Source of the DNA: the human T2T-CHM13v2.0 reference genome, Homo sapiens
Direction: 5' to 3' (one strand)
NCBI RefSeq assembly: GCF_009914755.1
Contig: NC_060926.1
Length of the DNA: 64,000 nucleotides
Shown in pieces: positions 31,002 through 55,160 of this stretch. Each line of letters starts with the position of its first letter. Within the stretch, counting starts at the first letter, position 1. The notes beneath the pieces are model-generated. The model was not told the DNA's origin and ran no database searches. It saw nothing but the letters and a program-made list of their open reading frames with translations. The position numbers were made by a program, and so were the translations under genes.

Positions 31002-31619
31002 TCAAGGGTTACCCAAGGCTCCTCTGGAGATATATGTAGTTGTCCGACAGGGGCTGTGGCAGAAGGTCCCCGGTCCCGTCACTCTTGAGCTGGTCTGGCT
31101 GTTCCAGCCATCATTGTTTCAGGTGCCGACGGCTCCCGTCGAAGCACTTGGCAGTTCTTCTTCCAATGGCCAGTTTTCTTACAGTGTGCACACTGATTTA
31201 CACCCAAGGCACGGTGACTCGGACACCCAGCTTTGGGCTTCCCACCTTTCAGCTTCCCTTGTTCAGGCCAACAGCCAGGAGGGCAACCCCATGTGGAAGG
31301 TGAGCTTAGGGCTACAGCCAGGAACTGCACCTTGTGGGAGGTACTTCCTGCTCTTTCTGCTTCCTCTGCTTTGTCCCTGTTATTAAAAACTAAAAAATGC
31401 CACATCCAAAAGCTGTTCCATAGGAGTCTGGGGACCCATAGCTGTTTTTTGTAGTTTCCTACGGATATCAGGGGCAGACTGGCCTATAAAATGTACTCCC
31501 AAAAGGGTTTATCCTTCCTTGGAGGCAGGATCAGTGTTAGTATATTTTCTAATTGCCTCAATGAAACACCCTTGAAACAAAGCTGGATTCTCATCTTTAC
31601 CCTGACAAACTTCCTTAAC

Positions 31620-32287
<668 letters not shown>

Positions 32288-34268
32288 TGATCTGGAACTG
32301 CTATACCTCCTGCCTGATATACATTATGGTTCGGGTTTGGAGCCAATACCTCATCCACATGAGTCCTAGCTGTCCCCACAATGGATTTTCTTCCACTGTG
32401 CAACACAGAGACAACGAAACATGCTCCTGCTAAGTTACACCATAGGTCGAAGTTAGTTTCTCAAACGCATCTAGGAATTTTCTTGAATCTTCAGAGAAAT
32501 GACCAAACTTCTCTTTACATAGAGCCAATTCAGACATAGAAAAGGAGACATATCCTCTCACACAGTGCCTTCTTCCCCATTTGCCACCTCTCTAAGGGGA
32601 AAAGGTTTCCCTTCAGAGGTTGATAAGAGGCTCCACTACGAGTAGTACTCGAGGGGCCAAATTCCTCAGGGAGTGGTGGGTATAGAGTGGGACTAGGCAG
32701 GTCAGGAGGAGGGGACCAAGGGTTCTGAATAGAACTTTCAGGTGGACTAGAGGGAGAAAGGACGGACAAAACCTGAACCTTCAGAGCTGATAGAAGGGGA
32801 TTCTGCTCCACCCAAAAATGCCCACTGAACTGGGGATAGGGCTTATGTCAAAGGATCATCAAATATGTCTAGTTCTTTTTCTTCCTTTCCTCTCATCGAA
32901 CACGCATGCACCCGCTGCAGGGTTTCATCCTGATTGAGCAGCAAAAATGCTTGAACATATGGTATTTCATCCCATTTTCCCTCCCGCTTACATAACAAAT
33001 CGAGTTGAAGTATAGTTTTAAAGGCCATAGTACCAGTAGGAGGCCATTTCTCTTGTTTTTCCAAATAACACCAAGGTCAAACAGTATTACATAGAAACAC
33101 CAGTTTTCTCTTCTTAAGCCCATTTAGTTTAAACTGGTCCCAATGTTCAAGAATACATCCTAGTGGGGAGTCCTTTGGGATGGATGCCGTGGTGCCCATG
33201 TAAGAGGCAGGTGATGTTGAAAGAAAAGTTCCAAACCTGCAGGATTGTATTGCCACTGGCTGAGTTCCACTAAAAAGGATAACAGAGGTTTTTAAAGCCA
33301 GCCCCATTAATGAGGGGATCCCTGCCAAAAATTGAATTCTCTTATTTAACTATCCAGATAATATAAGTGAGCTGAGCCATGAATCTTAGATAAACCACAA
33401 CATGGACTCTGACGAAAGAAATGTTGAACAAGGCAAAGGAAATAAAGAGGATTTCGATGGGAATGACCAGAGCAAGCAGGTTCTGGGCAATAGTGGCAGT
33501 GTGGATTGGACAAGCAAAGCTGGTTTGGCCAAATCCAAGAAAGCAAAGAAGTGTTTTTTTAGTGTGCAAAATGAAACAAAACAGCAAGGAGAAAAGTCCC
33601 CTGATTTCCATCCTAGTGCTTCTAGATCACACCTAGTAGGCATAGCGGCATTAAAACATAACCACATCTGTCTAATCTTACTGCTCATAGCTATTAAATA
33701 CCCAGTCTCAATCAGGAATTTTAGAGATGGAGGCTTCAATGCTTTCTTGTTCCCAATGTTTCACAAGCAAACGAACGGATATTGGGAGGCACGGAGGGGA
33801 AGAGTATGTTAAAATCCCTAAGACCAGTTAAATAAAGTCTCCTGAAAATGACAGTGAAACAGAGACAGCACCAATAAATTGATTCATGCAGTGAATAGGT
33901 CAAGGCAGATTAATACAAAGAGCATGGCAGTTAACATCCTGTGGTGCCAAACCCATTCTTCGCCAAGAGGGACGTTACTGAGAGGGACCTCTAACCCCTT
34001 CAATTTTAGAAGGGACTTTAACCTTCCTAAGTTGGGCCTCTAACCCAAAGTTGGTCAAGTGTCCTTCCCTTTTATTAAGAGGGCCTTCTAGCCCATTCTG
34101 TCTTAGGAGAGATTCTAATTCCCCTAAGTTGGGCCTCTAACCCAATCCCATCCTTTACCCAGGTATATGAACTCCACTTACCTAAAGTCAGTCAATTGGT
34201 GCACAGATGATTTTCCTTTGGGCCAGGTATCTCTTCAGTATTGCCCCTTCCATGGTTTGCCAGAAAGA

Positions 34269-36511
<2,243 letters not shown>

Positions 36512-36621
36512 TTTCTAAGCATTTGGGATGGGAGGGAGAGGCTCTGACAGGTATTCAGCTTGCAGTCTTGGACTGGAACCATCTCCTACAGTGCTCTCTC
36601 TACCATAACTTGCCCCATGTT

Positions 36622-38022
36622 TGTGATAGGCAGGAAAATGGCTCCCCTCCCAAAGATGCCTATATCCGAATCTCCAGAGCCTGTGAATATGTTATGTTAC
36701 GTGGCAATGGAGAATTACAGATGGAATTAAGGCTGCTAATCAGCTGACCTTAAAATCATTTTCTTTCTTTCTTTCTTTTTTTTTTCAGACAAGGTCTTAC
36801 TCTGTCGCCCAGGTTGGATGCAATGGTGCAGTCATGGCTCACTTTAGCCTTGACCTCCCAGGCTCAAGCAATCCTTCCACCTCAGCCTCCCAAGTAGCTG
36901 GGACTGTAGGTGCATACCACCATGCTTGGCTAATTTTTGTAGTTTTCATAGAGACGGGGTTTCCCCATGTTAACCAGGCCGGTCTCAAACTCCTGGGCTC
37001 AAGTGATCCACCTGCCTTGGCCTCCCAAAGTGCTGAGATTACAGATCTGAGCCACTGCACCTGGCCTGACCATAAAGTAGGGACATTATCCTGGATTATC
37101 CAGGTGGGCCCAGTGTAATCACAAGGGTCCTTAAATGTTGAGAGGGGCAAGAGAGTTAGTGTCAGAGTGATGTGATGTGAGAAAGACTCAGGCAGCCATT
37201 GCTGGCTTTGGAGATGGAAGGGGGTCACAGGCAAGGGGAGACGGCAGCCTCTTGAAGCTGGAAAAGACAAGAATACAGATTCTCTGGCCAGGCATGGTGG
37301 CTCACACCTGTAATCTCAGCACTTTGAAAGCCTGAGACAGGAGGATCACTTCAGGCCAGGAGTTCAACACCAGCATAGGCAGCATAGCAAGAAGCCATCT
37401 CTACAAAAGATCAAAGGATAAAAAATTAGCTGGGCATGGTGGTGCACACCTGTGGTCCTAGCTACTTGGGAGCTTGTTTGGAGGTTCTAGCAGGGGTGCA
37501 CAGTACTCGTATACCCTTGACCAAAGACCAGTCCTCCTCTATCGGGGACGGTCATCTTCTTCAACTGAGCGCACAGCTTCAGGAGGGACGCCTATGGAGA
37601 GGTGAGGGAGGAAGGAGACACCCGCCTAGCCAGCCAGATTAGCCGAATCAACCTTGGTGATCAATGGGGTGACAGAAGTTGCAGTCATATTACCCTTACA
37701 TCCAGTCCTAGCTGCTTGGGAGGCTGAGGCAGGAGGATCTGTTGAGACTGGGAGATTGGGGCTGCAGTGGGCCATGATCACACTACTGCACTCCAGCCTA
37801 GCCAACAAAGCGAGACCCTGTCTTAAAAAAAAAAAAAAAAAAAAGAATACAGGCTCTCCCCTGGCGAGAAAGAAGGAACACAGCCCTGCTGACACCTTAA
37901 TTTTAACCCAGTGTGACCCATTTTGGACTTCTGACCTTCAGAAATGTAAAGATAATAAATTTTGTCATTTTAAGCAACCAAATTTGGGGTAACCTGTTGC
38001 AGCAGCAGAAGGAAGCTGATAC
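36622..38022 (+). mobile_element. MLT1 (MaLR) LTR split by two Alus
   Basis: tgtgataggcag...cctgtgaatatgttatgttacgtggcaa...cctggattatccaggtgggcccagtgtaatcacaagggtcctta...ctgataca. Confidence 0.8.
37465..37703 (-). pseudogene. 7SK snRNA retropseudogene (RN7SKP-type), 3'-truncated, inserted in an Alu
   Basis: Reverse complement GGATGTAAGGGTAATATGACTGCAACTTCTGTCACCCCATTGATCACCAAGGTTGATTCGGCTAATCTGGCTGGCTAGGCGGGTGTC...GAACCTCCAAACAAGCT matches roughly the first 240 nt of 7SK. Confidence 0.95.
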
Positions 38023-38114
38023 AATGTAACATGACTGGTGGTGTCTGCTCTTCCACCACTTGGCTAGCTTCTTGAGAACAAGAACACCTTTGTCTCCTGT
38101 ATTTACCTAGAATC

Positions 38115-41833
<3,719 letters not shown>

Positions 41834-42598
41834 TAATGTCCTAAAGTTCTCTTGTTCTCTTCACATAGATCTGGCATATTTCTCAAAATATTATAAGCAT
41901 GTGTGTATTTGTATTTATATCTATAATTTATTGATTTTTTGGCTGCTATGATGAATGGGAATTTTTTTCCCTTTTAGATTTGCTAATCTAGACTTCATTT
42001 TGTAAAGGTTTTGTCTTAGTTGAAGTTCTTATGGTAGCAATTTACAGAAATACATTCAGATTAACTTAGGCCAAAAAAAAAAAAAAAAAAAGCGGGGGAG
42101 AATTCTCTGGAAGGCAGCCAAGGCCTCCCCTACAGGCCAAGGGTAGAAAGGAGAGTGGGCCTCACAAGGGGGAGGGAAACAAGAACTACGGAGTCTCCTG
42201 TTGCTTTCCCTTAGTAGATCTATTTTTCTCTCCCTCTGTAGTTCAGCTTTCTTTGCTTCTCCCTTTGTCCACTTCCATGTTTCTGAGAAGCAAAGGGATA
42301 TAGAGCAAACCTGGCTACAGGGGCTACCCATGTGGGTGGAGCAATTCTCAGAAAATAACTATGGGTTGAAAAGGCACGGCTGAAACAGATTTCAAGACAC
42401 TGCAATGTCAGTGACTTGAAAAGAATCTGTTTCTTGCCTAAGAGGGGTAGAGTTGGCAGTTACTGTTTGGGAGAATCTGCCCTTCTAAGTTCCAGATGAT
42501 TAATAAACAGGGACTGACAATCGTCAGGTTATGGGATTAATAATTCAACAAAATATACTGAGCTCTTACTCTGACTTTATATTTGCATACTAGTTAGC

Positions 42599-43547
<949 letters not shown>

Positions 43548-44646
43548 CTGCTGCTTCGGATGTATCTCCACTTACTTTATTTAACCTAAAAGGCTTTCAG
43601 CTCAGAGCACAAGTAGTATGCCATGAATGCGAAATTGTGTGGTTCAAATATTCAAAATATTTGAAATATTTGCCATTTCAAATATTTTGTCTTGAGAAAA
43701 TAAAATCTTTCAAATCTGGCAACTTGGGATAAAGATGACTATGATCCTATCCCTCCTTTCAACTGGCTTAGGATTCATTTTGATTTTCCTCTGTAGAAAT
43801 GGGGCGCTTCATGAAAGAAACTCTCTCTGAAAACCAGGAATTCTGTTAAAAGACCTTTTTGCTAATCTAGTTCAGTAGTTGACGTTAGCATTTGACGGGG
43901 AGCCTGGTGAAAGCTACCATGAGAATTCGGAAGCAAGAAACTGGCAGTCCTGGCGCTACTGGTTACTAATTGAACGACCTTCGCAAGTAACCTAGCCTCT
44001 GTGAACCTGTTCTCATTTTCAAACGCGGTTGAATAACTACTTTTCAACTAGGATGTTATGAAAGGTAATAGGGTAAAGACAAAGGACTAGGTTCGCGTGG
44101 AGCCCAGTACTGCTGAAGGAAAGATACACGAGTTTGGAGGGAGTCTAAGGAAAAGGAGGCAAAGGACCCCGGAGGTTATATCCTCGGTGGCCTCAGCTTT
44201 TACACGATCTAAGTCCATCCTACGGCGGATACGCTCTCCTTTCACTGGAAAATGACTGTTTGCGTTGAAAAAATTTTTATCTAACAAAGCTCCATTTCTC
44301 TAAACTTTGCTTCCCCGCCCAGTTTGCAAACGAGTCAGGGTTTCCTCACCGGCGCGGTAGGCTCGCCGAAAGCCAAGCGGGAGCCCCAGGCTGCGCAGGG
44401 CGGGGGAATAATGGGTGCCCAGCTCCGGGCCAGGAAGCCCAGGGAACCACTGCAGCCACCACCGCGGTCAGGAGACAGCCCCCGCACCGCCCCTTTTCGA
44501 TTCGTTTGCATGATCTACGGCGCGGTTTCCGGCGGCAGAGACATGTTTTCCGGTCGTCCCTTGGCTCGATTTTCTTCCGGGGCGGGACTTCCTTTCCATC
44601 ATTGATAGGCGCCGGGCAGCTGAGCTGGTAGGAGGACCAGACGGGG

Positions 44647-44653
44647 ATGTTCG
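44647..44653 (+). CDS. STK11IP: STK11IP exon 1 3' end with an upstream in-frame ATG (MFG..., 11-aa extension)
   Basis: ATGTTCG|gtatgt; spliced to 44824 it reads MFGSAPQRPVA-MTTAQ. Confidence 0.65.
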
Positions 44654-44849
44654 GTATGTCTGACCAGGACTTATGTTCCTCGAAAGGGCGGCCAGGAGGA
44701 TGCTCTTCCTCTCTTTTCTTTCTCGCCTTTTTCTCCGCATGACGCCTCGGTTTGCGCGGACGCCCTGGGCTTTTGGCACTACCGCCCACCTGAGGCTCTT
44801 CCGCTTCCTCTTTCCCCCCCCAGGCTCCGCCCCCCAGCGTCCCGTGGCC

Positions 44850-44910
44850 ATGACGACCGCTCAGAGGGACTCCCTGTTGTGGAAGCTCGCGGGGTTGCTG
44901 CGGGAGTCCG
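44850..44910 (+). CDS. STK11IP: STK11IP exon 2 coding part (MTTAQRDSLLWKLAGLLRES); exon starts at 44824
   Basis: gccATGA start; CCG|gtgagt donor. Confidence 0.93.
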
Positions 44911-45705
44911 GTGAGTGGACTTCCGGTTGGGCTGGGCCTCGGACCTCGGACGAGGTGGGGGTGGTGCTTTCTGGAGACACGCCCTGAGAGTCATGGAGTT
45001 ACGACTGGTAGGGTCACCAGGTGTCAGAGTTCAATTTCTTTACTTTTCCCAGGTTTGTTCGCCCTTACAGTGTCCTTTGCCTGTGATAGCCTAAACTCTA
45101 GCCGTCCTTTGAGGCCAAAGGGCGGTATCCCTCCCTCCGTGCCTTCTCTGACACTGTCAGAAGGAAGTGATCATTACCTGACTAAAAGCCCCTCAGGACC
45201 AGGGACTGATCTCGGTCATAATCATTATTGTGTAGCAAGGTACTAAATACAGTAGATAGAAGCACGAGATTTGGAGTCGGACCCACTTGGGTTGGAATAT
45301 CAACCCTCTTTCAAACTTGCCATACTGTTTCCTGAGGCTCAGTTTTCCTCACAGATTGGCATAGTGATTGTACTTAACATTTGTGGGGATTCGTTTTAAT
45401 TCATGTATTTAGTACAATGCCTGCAAGTATAGTAACTGCTTACAGTTGGGAGCTATTGTTATTGTAATGATTTCCCTGATGCTTGGCACTGTGCCTGGGC
45501 ATAATGGAGCCACAGTAGTTGTTGAATACTTGGTTGGCATTAGTTGTGGTAGAAAAAGCCTTGGCTTTGAGATCAGATAGGAGAAGTAACTTCCTACCAA
45601 TTATATGATCTCCATCAAGATTTTTCACTTTTTTGAACCTCAATTTTCATATCTGTAAGATGGGGTTAATAGTGCTTCTCTTTGAGAGATTCTGAGAAGG
45701 TTTGA

Positions 45706-47127
<1,422 letters not shown>

Positions 47128-47963
47128 CAGTGTCCTGACTTTGATATTGTACTATAGCTATATAAAATGTAACCATTAGGGAAAACTGGGTAAAGGATAC
47201 AGGGGACCTTTCTGTATTATTTCTGCAGCATTCTTTGACTCCATACTTATTATATTTTTTAAGCCAAAAAAGCATTCCTTCATGCCTAGCTTGTAGCTGC
47301 ACTTTTTTAGGTGCAGTGATGAATACCAGAGTGATCAAAAGATGCCCTCAAGGATGAAAGTCTCATTAGAGAGAGCAGTTTTAACAGACAGCAATAACAA
47401 TGCCTTAGTGCTATAATGAATAGTTATTCTATGACATACTTTTTAGTATTGTTTGAAAGTTTCTACAGATGTGCTTTGCAATCAGAAAAAGAAAGAAAGA
47501 TAAAACTTCCAATTAACTTTTGTGTAATAATGAGTGACTGCAATATGAAAATTCAGCAGTATTACTTCTTGAGGCGGCTTCCTGGAGGAGGCTGGTCTCA
47601 AGCTGGGCGGTGGAAGGGGGTGTCTCATAACAAGAGAGAACTGTGAACCAAGCTGGCTGTATTTCCAGCACTGTCAGTAGATGAGGCTCTTTTGAGCAGA
47701 AGGTGAAAGAAAATTTGGAAGAGTTGGTTGGAGTTGTGTAGCCAAGCAGTCTCATCAGGCTGAATGAAATGTTAGGACTTTTTTTGAAGATGAGGGGAGC
47801 CATTGAATGCTTTTGAGCTGAGAAGGAGATAGAAAATTTGATCCTGCAATAGAAGATCTACAATATGGATTGGAGTGGGTATATTTTGGCATCATAGAGC
47901 CTTAGAATAAAGAGAAAAATCTTTTCACTGTGTCTTCCCTCCTGTTTGCCCCTTTTTCTGCAG

Positions 47964-48169
47964 GGGATGTGGTCCTGTCTGGCTGTAGCACCCTGAGCCT
48001 GCTGACTCCCACACTGCAACAGCTGAACCACGTATTTGAGCTGCACCTGGGGCCATGGGGCCCTGGCCAGACAGGCTTTGTGGCTCTGCCCTCCCATCCT
48101 GCCGACTCCCCTGTTATTCTTCAGCTTCAGTTTCTCTTCGATGTGCTGCAGAAAACACTTTCACTCAAG
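47964..48169 (+). CDS. STK11IP: STK11IP exon 3
   Basis: ctgcag| acceptor, AAG|gttctg donor; 206 nt. Confidence 0.93.
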
Positions 48170-48370
48170 GTTCTGGGTGTGGGGAAGAGGCAGGATGTGC
48201 AAGGATCCCAAGAGAATGATGGAAGTTGGGGATAGGGTAGGGGTGCAGAAGTCTGCAGTGCCAGGATCCAGAGGGTGTCAGAGGTACCAGTGGTTGTGCT
48301 AAGGAAGGAATGTTGAGGGCAGGAAGATCTGCTGTGCCTCAGTAAATTGAGTTTTTTTTTTTTTTTTCAG

Positions 48371-48445
48371 CTGGTCCATGTTGCTGGTCCTGGCCCCACA
48401 GGGCCCATCAAGATTTTCCCCTTCAAATCCCTTCGGCACCTGGAG
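48371..48445 (+). CDS. STK11IP: STK11IP exon 4
   Basis: tttcag| acceptor, GAG|gtatgg donor; 75 nt; FKSLRHLE (LRR). Confidence 0.93.
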
Positions 48446-48717
48446 GTATGGGGACACGGGGGGATGTTGGTGCACAGCACCCAACTTGAGGCAGCCCCTT
48501 GGGGATGGGAAAGAGAAGAGCCTCTTTGGTGAGGAGGCCAGGCCTGAGTATACCCATTGCTCTGCAGTCATGTGATATCCACTGTCTTTCCATTTACTGC
48601 TTCCCTAAATCATAGCTGGGCTTTGTGGTCTTCTCCCTCCTCCCAACTAGGGGATGGGGATGAGGTCTTTGTCTTCTGTGGGGTTCTGCCTTCCTCCCTC
48701 CTCTTTCCTTGTCCCAG

Positions 48718-48813
48718 CTCCGAGGTGTTCCCCTCCACTGTCTGCATGGCCTCCGAGGCATCTACTCCCAGCTGGAGACCCTGATTTGCAGCAGGAGCCT
48801 CCAGGCATTAGAG
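48718..48813 (+). CDS. STK11IP: STK11IP exon 5 (LRR)
   Basis: tcccag| acceptor, GAG|gtaagg donor; 96 nt. Confidence 0.93.
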
Positions 48814-49197
48814 GTAAGGAGAGTGAGGGGTGAGCTCAGACACCTCAACTTGAGAGATGTAGAAGACCAAGCTCTGATGTTCTCCCCTCTCTGCAGCTCT
48901 CCCTGCCTCCTGCTTCCCTCTAGACAGTGTCCTCACTCCCTCTCTGTGTTCCCGCAGCACTCTGTAACTGCCTGTATATTTATAGTCGTACCTACCATAT
49001 TATATTACATATTCTAGTGTCTACCTTCCCACTGTCCCTACAGTGAGTTCTTGGGTCAGGGACCTGGGCTTTAAGCCTGTATCTTCAGATGGAGTTCAGT
49101 GTATAAAAAATGAATGAGTGACTGGGTGGTAGAGCTTGGCCTTGGCATAGGGAGGAAGGGGAGGGTGGGGTAATGAAGCACCCATCTGTCTGCTCAG

Positions 49198-49305
49198 GAG
49201 CTCCTCTCAGCCTGCGGCGGCGACTTCTGCTCTGCCCTCCCTTGGCTGGCTCTGCTTTCTGCCAACTTCAGCTACAATGCACTGACCGCCTTAGACAGCT
49301 CCCTG
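49198..49305 (+). CDS. STK11IP: STK11IP exon 6 (LRR)
   Basis: gctcag| acceptor, CTG|gtgagt donor; 108 nt; ANFSYNAL. Confidence 0.93.
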
Positions 49306-49434
49306 GTGAGTGCCTCAGAGGGAAGAGGGTTTCGAGGAAGGGCAAGGCCAGGCCTTTGGGGAGGAGGGCCAGCTGGTTGACCAGATAGTATTGTAGTGAA
49401 CATCGATTCTCTGCCTCCTCCCCGTCTCTCTCAG

Positions 49435-49506
49435 CGCCTCTTGTCAGCTCTGCGTTTCTTGAACCTAAGCCACAATCAAGTCCAGGACTGTCAGGGATTC
49501 CTGATG
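49435..49506 (+). CDS. STK11IP: STK11IP exon 7 (LRR)
   Basis: tctcag| acceptor, ATG|gtgagt donor; 72 nt; LRFLNLSHNQV. Confidence 0.93.
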
Positions 49507-49742
49507 GTGAGTATGGGCAGTTTGGCAGCTGGCACACCATGGGTCTTTGATTGCTCTGCTCTCACTCTCTCTCCTTGACCAGCTTTTACTCCCACCTTGC
49601 TCTTGCCATGAGGGTGGAGCTGCATTCTGGGAGATAGCACTGCTTAGACACTAGCATCAGACAAACCAGAGTTCATATCTCAACTTCTAATACCTGTGCA
49701 ACTTTGAGCAAGTTAGTTACCTCTTGGTTTCTTTACCTGTAA

Positions 49743-52301
<2,559 letters not shown>

Positions 52302-52337
52302 ACGAGATAATCTTTTTCTCCCCTGTACCCCTGCCAG

Positions 52338-52464
52338 GATTTGTGTGAGCTCCACCATCTGGACATCTCCTATAATCGCCTGCATTTGGTGCCAAGAATG
52401 GGACCCTCAGGGGCTGCTCTGGGGGTCCTGATACTGCGAGGCAATGAGCTTCGGAGCCTGCATG
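52338..52464 (+). CDS. STK11IP: STK11IP exon 8 (LRR)
   Basis: tgccag| acceptor, ATG|gtgagt donor; 127 nt; LHHLDISYNRL. Confidence 0.94.
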
Positions 52465-52685
52465 GTGAGTGGGGGTGTGTGATGGGGCAAGCATGGAGGG
52501 GAAGGGGGAGAGTGAGGCTGGGGCTGGCCTGGGGACCATGTGCCTCTAGAGCCTTGAGAGGGCTTATGGGGAGTGCAGGGGTGCTCTGGCCGGTCTTTCT
52601 GCTGCAACCTCCCCCAGTGCATGCACCACACTCACTTGCGTGTACTCATCCACATGCTCTTCCTTCCTTCTTGCGTCCACCCCAG

Positions 52686-52789
52686 GCCTAGAGCAGCTGA
52701 GGAATCTGCGGCACCTGGATTTGGCATACAACCTGCTGGAAGGACACCGGGAGCTGTCACCACTGTGGCTGCTGGCTGAGCTCCGCAAG
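52686..52789 (+). CDS. STK11IP: STK11IP exon 9 (LRR)
   Basis: ccccag| acceptor, AAG|gtgaga donor; 104 nt; LRHLDLAYNLL. Confidence 0.94.
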
Positions 52790-52924
52790 GTGAGATGGGA
52801 ATGCATCAGGGGCCTGGGAACCACCCTTGCACGTACCCCCCCATGCTGGTTTGGTCAGTGCCTTCTTCACACAGGGAGGGCCAGGGCCCCAGGCCCTCCT
52901 CATTCTCCCCTTCCTGCCCCTCAG

Positions 52925-53020
52925 CTCTACCTGGAGGGGAACCCTCTTTGGTTCCACCCTGAGCACCGAGCAGCCACTGCCCAGTACTTGTCACCCCGGG
53001 CCAGGGATGCTGCTACTGGC
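52925..53020 (+). CDS. STK11IP: STK11IP exon 10 (last LRR and cap)
   Basis: cctcag| acceptor, GGC|gtgagt donor; 96 nt; LYLEGNPL. Confidence 0.94.
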
Positions 53021-53205
53021 GTGAGTGATCGTCCTGTGTCCACTCTTCTTCCCCTTTCCTGCCCAGTCCTCCCCCACCTTGCACCCTCTTGCCATCCCTG
53101 GGTGAGGGGCCAAGGACCTGGACGCTGCTTACTGTGTTCTTAATACCTGGAGCTCAGCAGGATGGGCCTACCACATACTCCCTCCCCCTTTTTGTCTTTG
53201 CTCAG

Positions 53206-53247
53206 TTCCTTCTCGATGGCAAGGTCTTGTCACTGACAGATTTTCAG
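53206..53247 (+). CDS. STK11IP: STK11IP exon 11
   Basis: gctcag| acceptor, CAG|gtcggt donor; 42 nt; FLLDGKVLSLTDFQ. Confidence 0.88.
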
Positions 53248-53441
53248 GTCGGTGTGGTTGGGGGGCGAGGACTGTTGGGGGAAGACACGAAGGGAGGGCG
53301 CTGGGGAGAGAACAGAGGGCTGGCTGGTGACAGGGTCTTCCTGGTCAGTGGAAAGTAGGGTCCCGCCTTTTGGCTGGCTTGGGCAAGGCAGAGGTGCTCC
53401 CAGGCTCCAACCTCTCTCTCCTTCCTGTCGTCACGTGCCAG

Positions 53442-53588
53442 ACTCACACATCCTTGGGGCTCAGCCCCATGGGCCCACCTTTGCCCTGGCCAGTGGGGAG
53501 TACTCCTGAAACCTCAGGTGGCCCTGACCTGAGTGACAGCCTCTCCTCAGGGGGTGTTGTGACCCAGCCCCTGCTTCATAAGGTTAAG
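53442..53588 (+). CDS. STK11IP: STK11IP exon 12
   Basis: tgccag| acceptor, AAG|gtaagc donor; 147 nt. Confidence 0.9.
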
Positions 53589-53782
53589 GTAAGCAGCGTC
53601 CTCCGCTGCCTTGTGCCTGCGGTTGGGTGTCTCTCCGGGGACTCTGGGCTACAGTGGGCAGGGAATGGTAGGAACTGTGCTTGCACGTGGTCAAGGTTTC
53701 TTTGATAGGTTGGATGGCCAGCCGTGGATGGCAGGGCTGGAGGCTTGGCTTTCACAGAACTTCTTCCCTCCACCAACCTCAG

Positions 53783-53867
53783 AGCCGAGTCCGTGTGAGG
53801 CGGGCAAGCATCTCTGAACCCAGTGATACGGACCCGGAGCCCCGAACTCTGAACCCCTCTCCGGCTG
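53783..53867 (+). CDS. STK11IP: STK11IP exon 13 (RRASIS basophilic motif; Ser404 in NPSP)
   Basis: cctcag| acceptor, CTG|gtaagt donor; 85 nt. Confidence 0.92.
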
Positions 53868-54100
53868 GTAAGTCAGCTTCATCCCACTAACCTCTCTCGT
53901 CCCCAGCGAGCTCACTCTAATTTTTAAGTTACAGTGAAGATCTGCTGGAAGAAATGTTATTTTTTGTTGGGGTAGAGTATTATAGAGGGCTTCTTAGTCT
54001 TTTTTCTTTTCTTTTAGTTTAGGGAAAGGAGAAGACTGCTTCTGGGAGCATTTTGAAAACTTTTCGAGGAACATTAATTTTGTGGGGTGTCAAGAGATCA

Positions 54101-54420
<320 letters not shown>

Positions 54421-54776
54421 GAAAGTGTATATGTATATATATAAAATAATAGGATTGTGGCCAGAGAAGTTTGAGAAATGTGAGGTTGAAGAGAAATAGG
54501 TGTGTCAGCTGCCGGCCGTCTCGGGCCCTTCAGGATGCTATCATGTATGCTGAGTCTCTGGAAGTAGCATAGGATGCGCAGCTTGGATTGCATGTGACCA
54601 CAGTGTTCCATAGGACACGCTTTAGTACATGCCGCGGAGGGGACGCCTGTAGCCTCCCTTGCCCGTGTCCCCATACACAGCCCATCGCCCCCTCATCGCT
54701 GAGGAGCACCGTTGAAGGATTTGGGGCCATCTGTGTGGGGCAGGCTTGCTCAGTTCTGGGTTCCCCTCCTGCCTAG

Positions 54777-55160
54777 GATGGTTCGTGCAGCAGCACCCGG
54801 AGCTGGAGCTCATGAGCAGCTTCCGGGAACGGTTCGGCCGCAACTGGCTGCAGTACAGGAGTCACCTGGAGCCCTCCGGAAACCCTCTGCCGGCCACCCC
54901 CACTACTTCTGCACCCAGTGCACCTCCAGCCAGCTCCCAGGGCCCCGACACTGCACCCAGACCTTCACCCCCGCAGGAGGAAGCCAGAGGCCCCCAGGAG
55001 TCACCACAGAAAATGTCAGAGGAGGTCAGGGCGGAGCCACAGGAGGAGGAAGAGGAGAAGGAGGGGAAGGAGGAGAAGGAGGAGGGGGAGATGGTGGAAC
55101 AGGGAGAAGAGGAGGCAGGAGAGGAGGAAGAAGAGGAGCAGGACCAGAAGGAAGTGGAAG
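54777..55160 (+). CDS. STK11IP: STK11IP exon 14 (includes Glu-rich tract)
   Basis: gcctag| acceptor, AAG|gtgagc donor; 384 nt. Confidence 0.94.

Larger units (their letters stand above)
44330..44960 (+). promoter_or_regulatory. STK11IP: STK11IP TATA-less CpG-island promoter with ETS (TTCCGG) sites and a GC box
   Basis: CpG-dense; ttccgg at about 44527, 44548, 44575, 44921; ggggcggga at 44579. Confidence 0.8.

Noticed and set aside
44087-44287. 66-aa ORF divergent from the STK11IP promoter
   Set aside because: No homology I recognise and no splice or polyA support; at most a promoter-upstream transcript.
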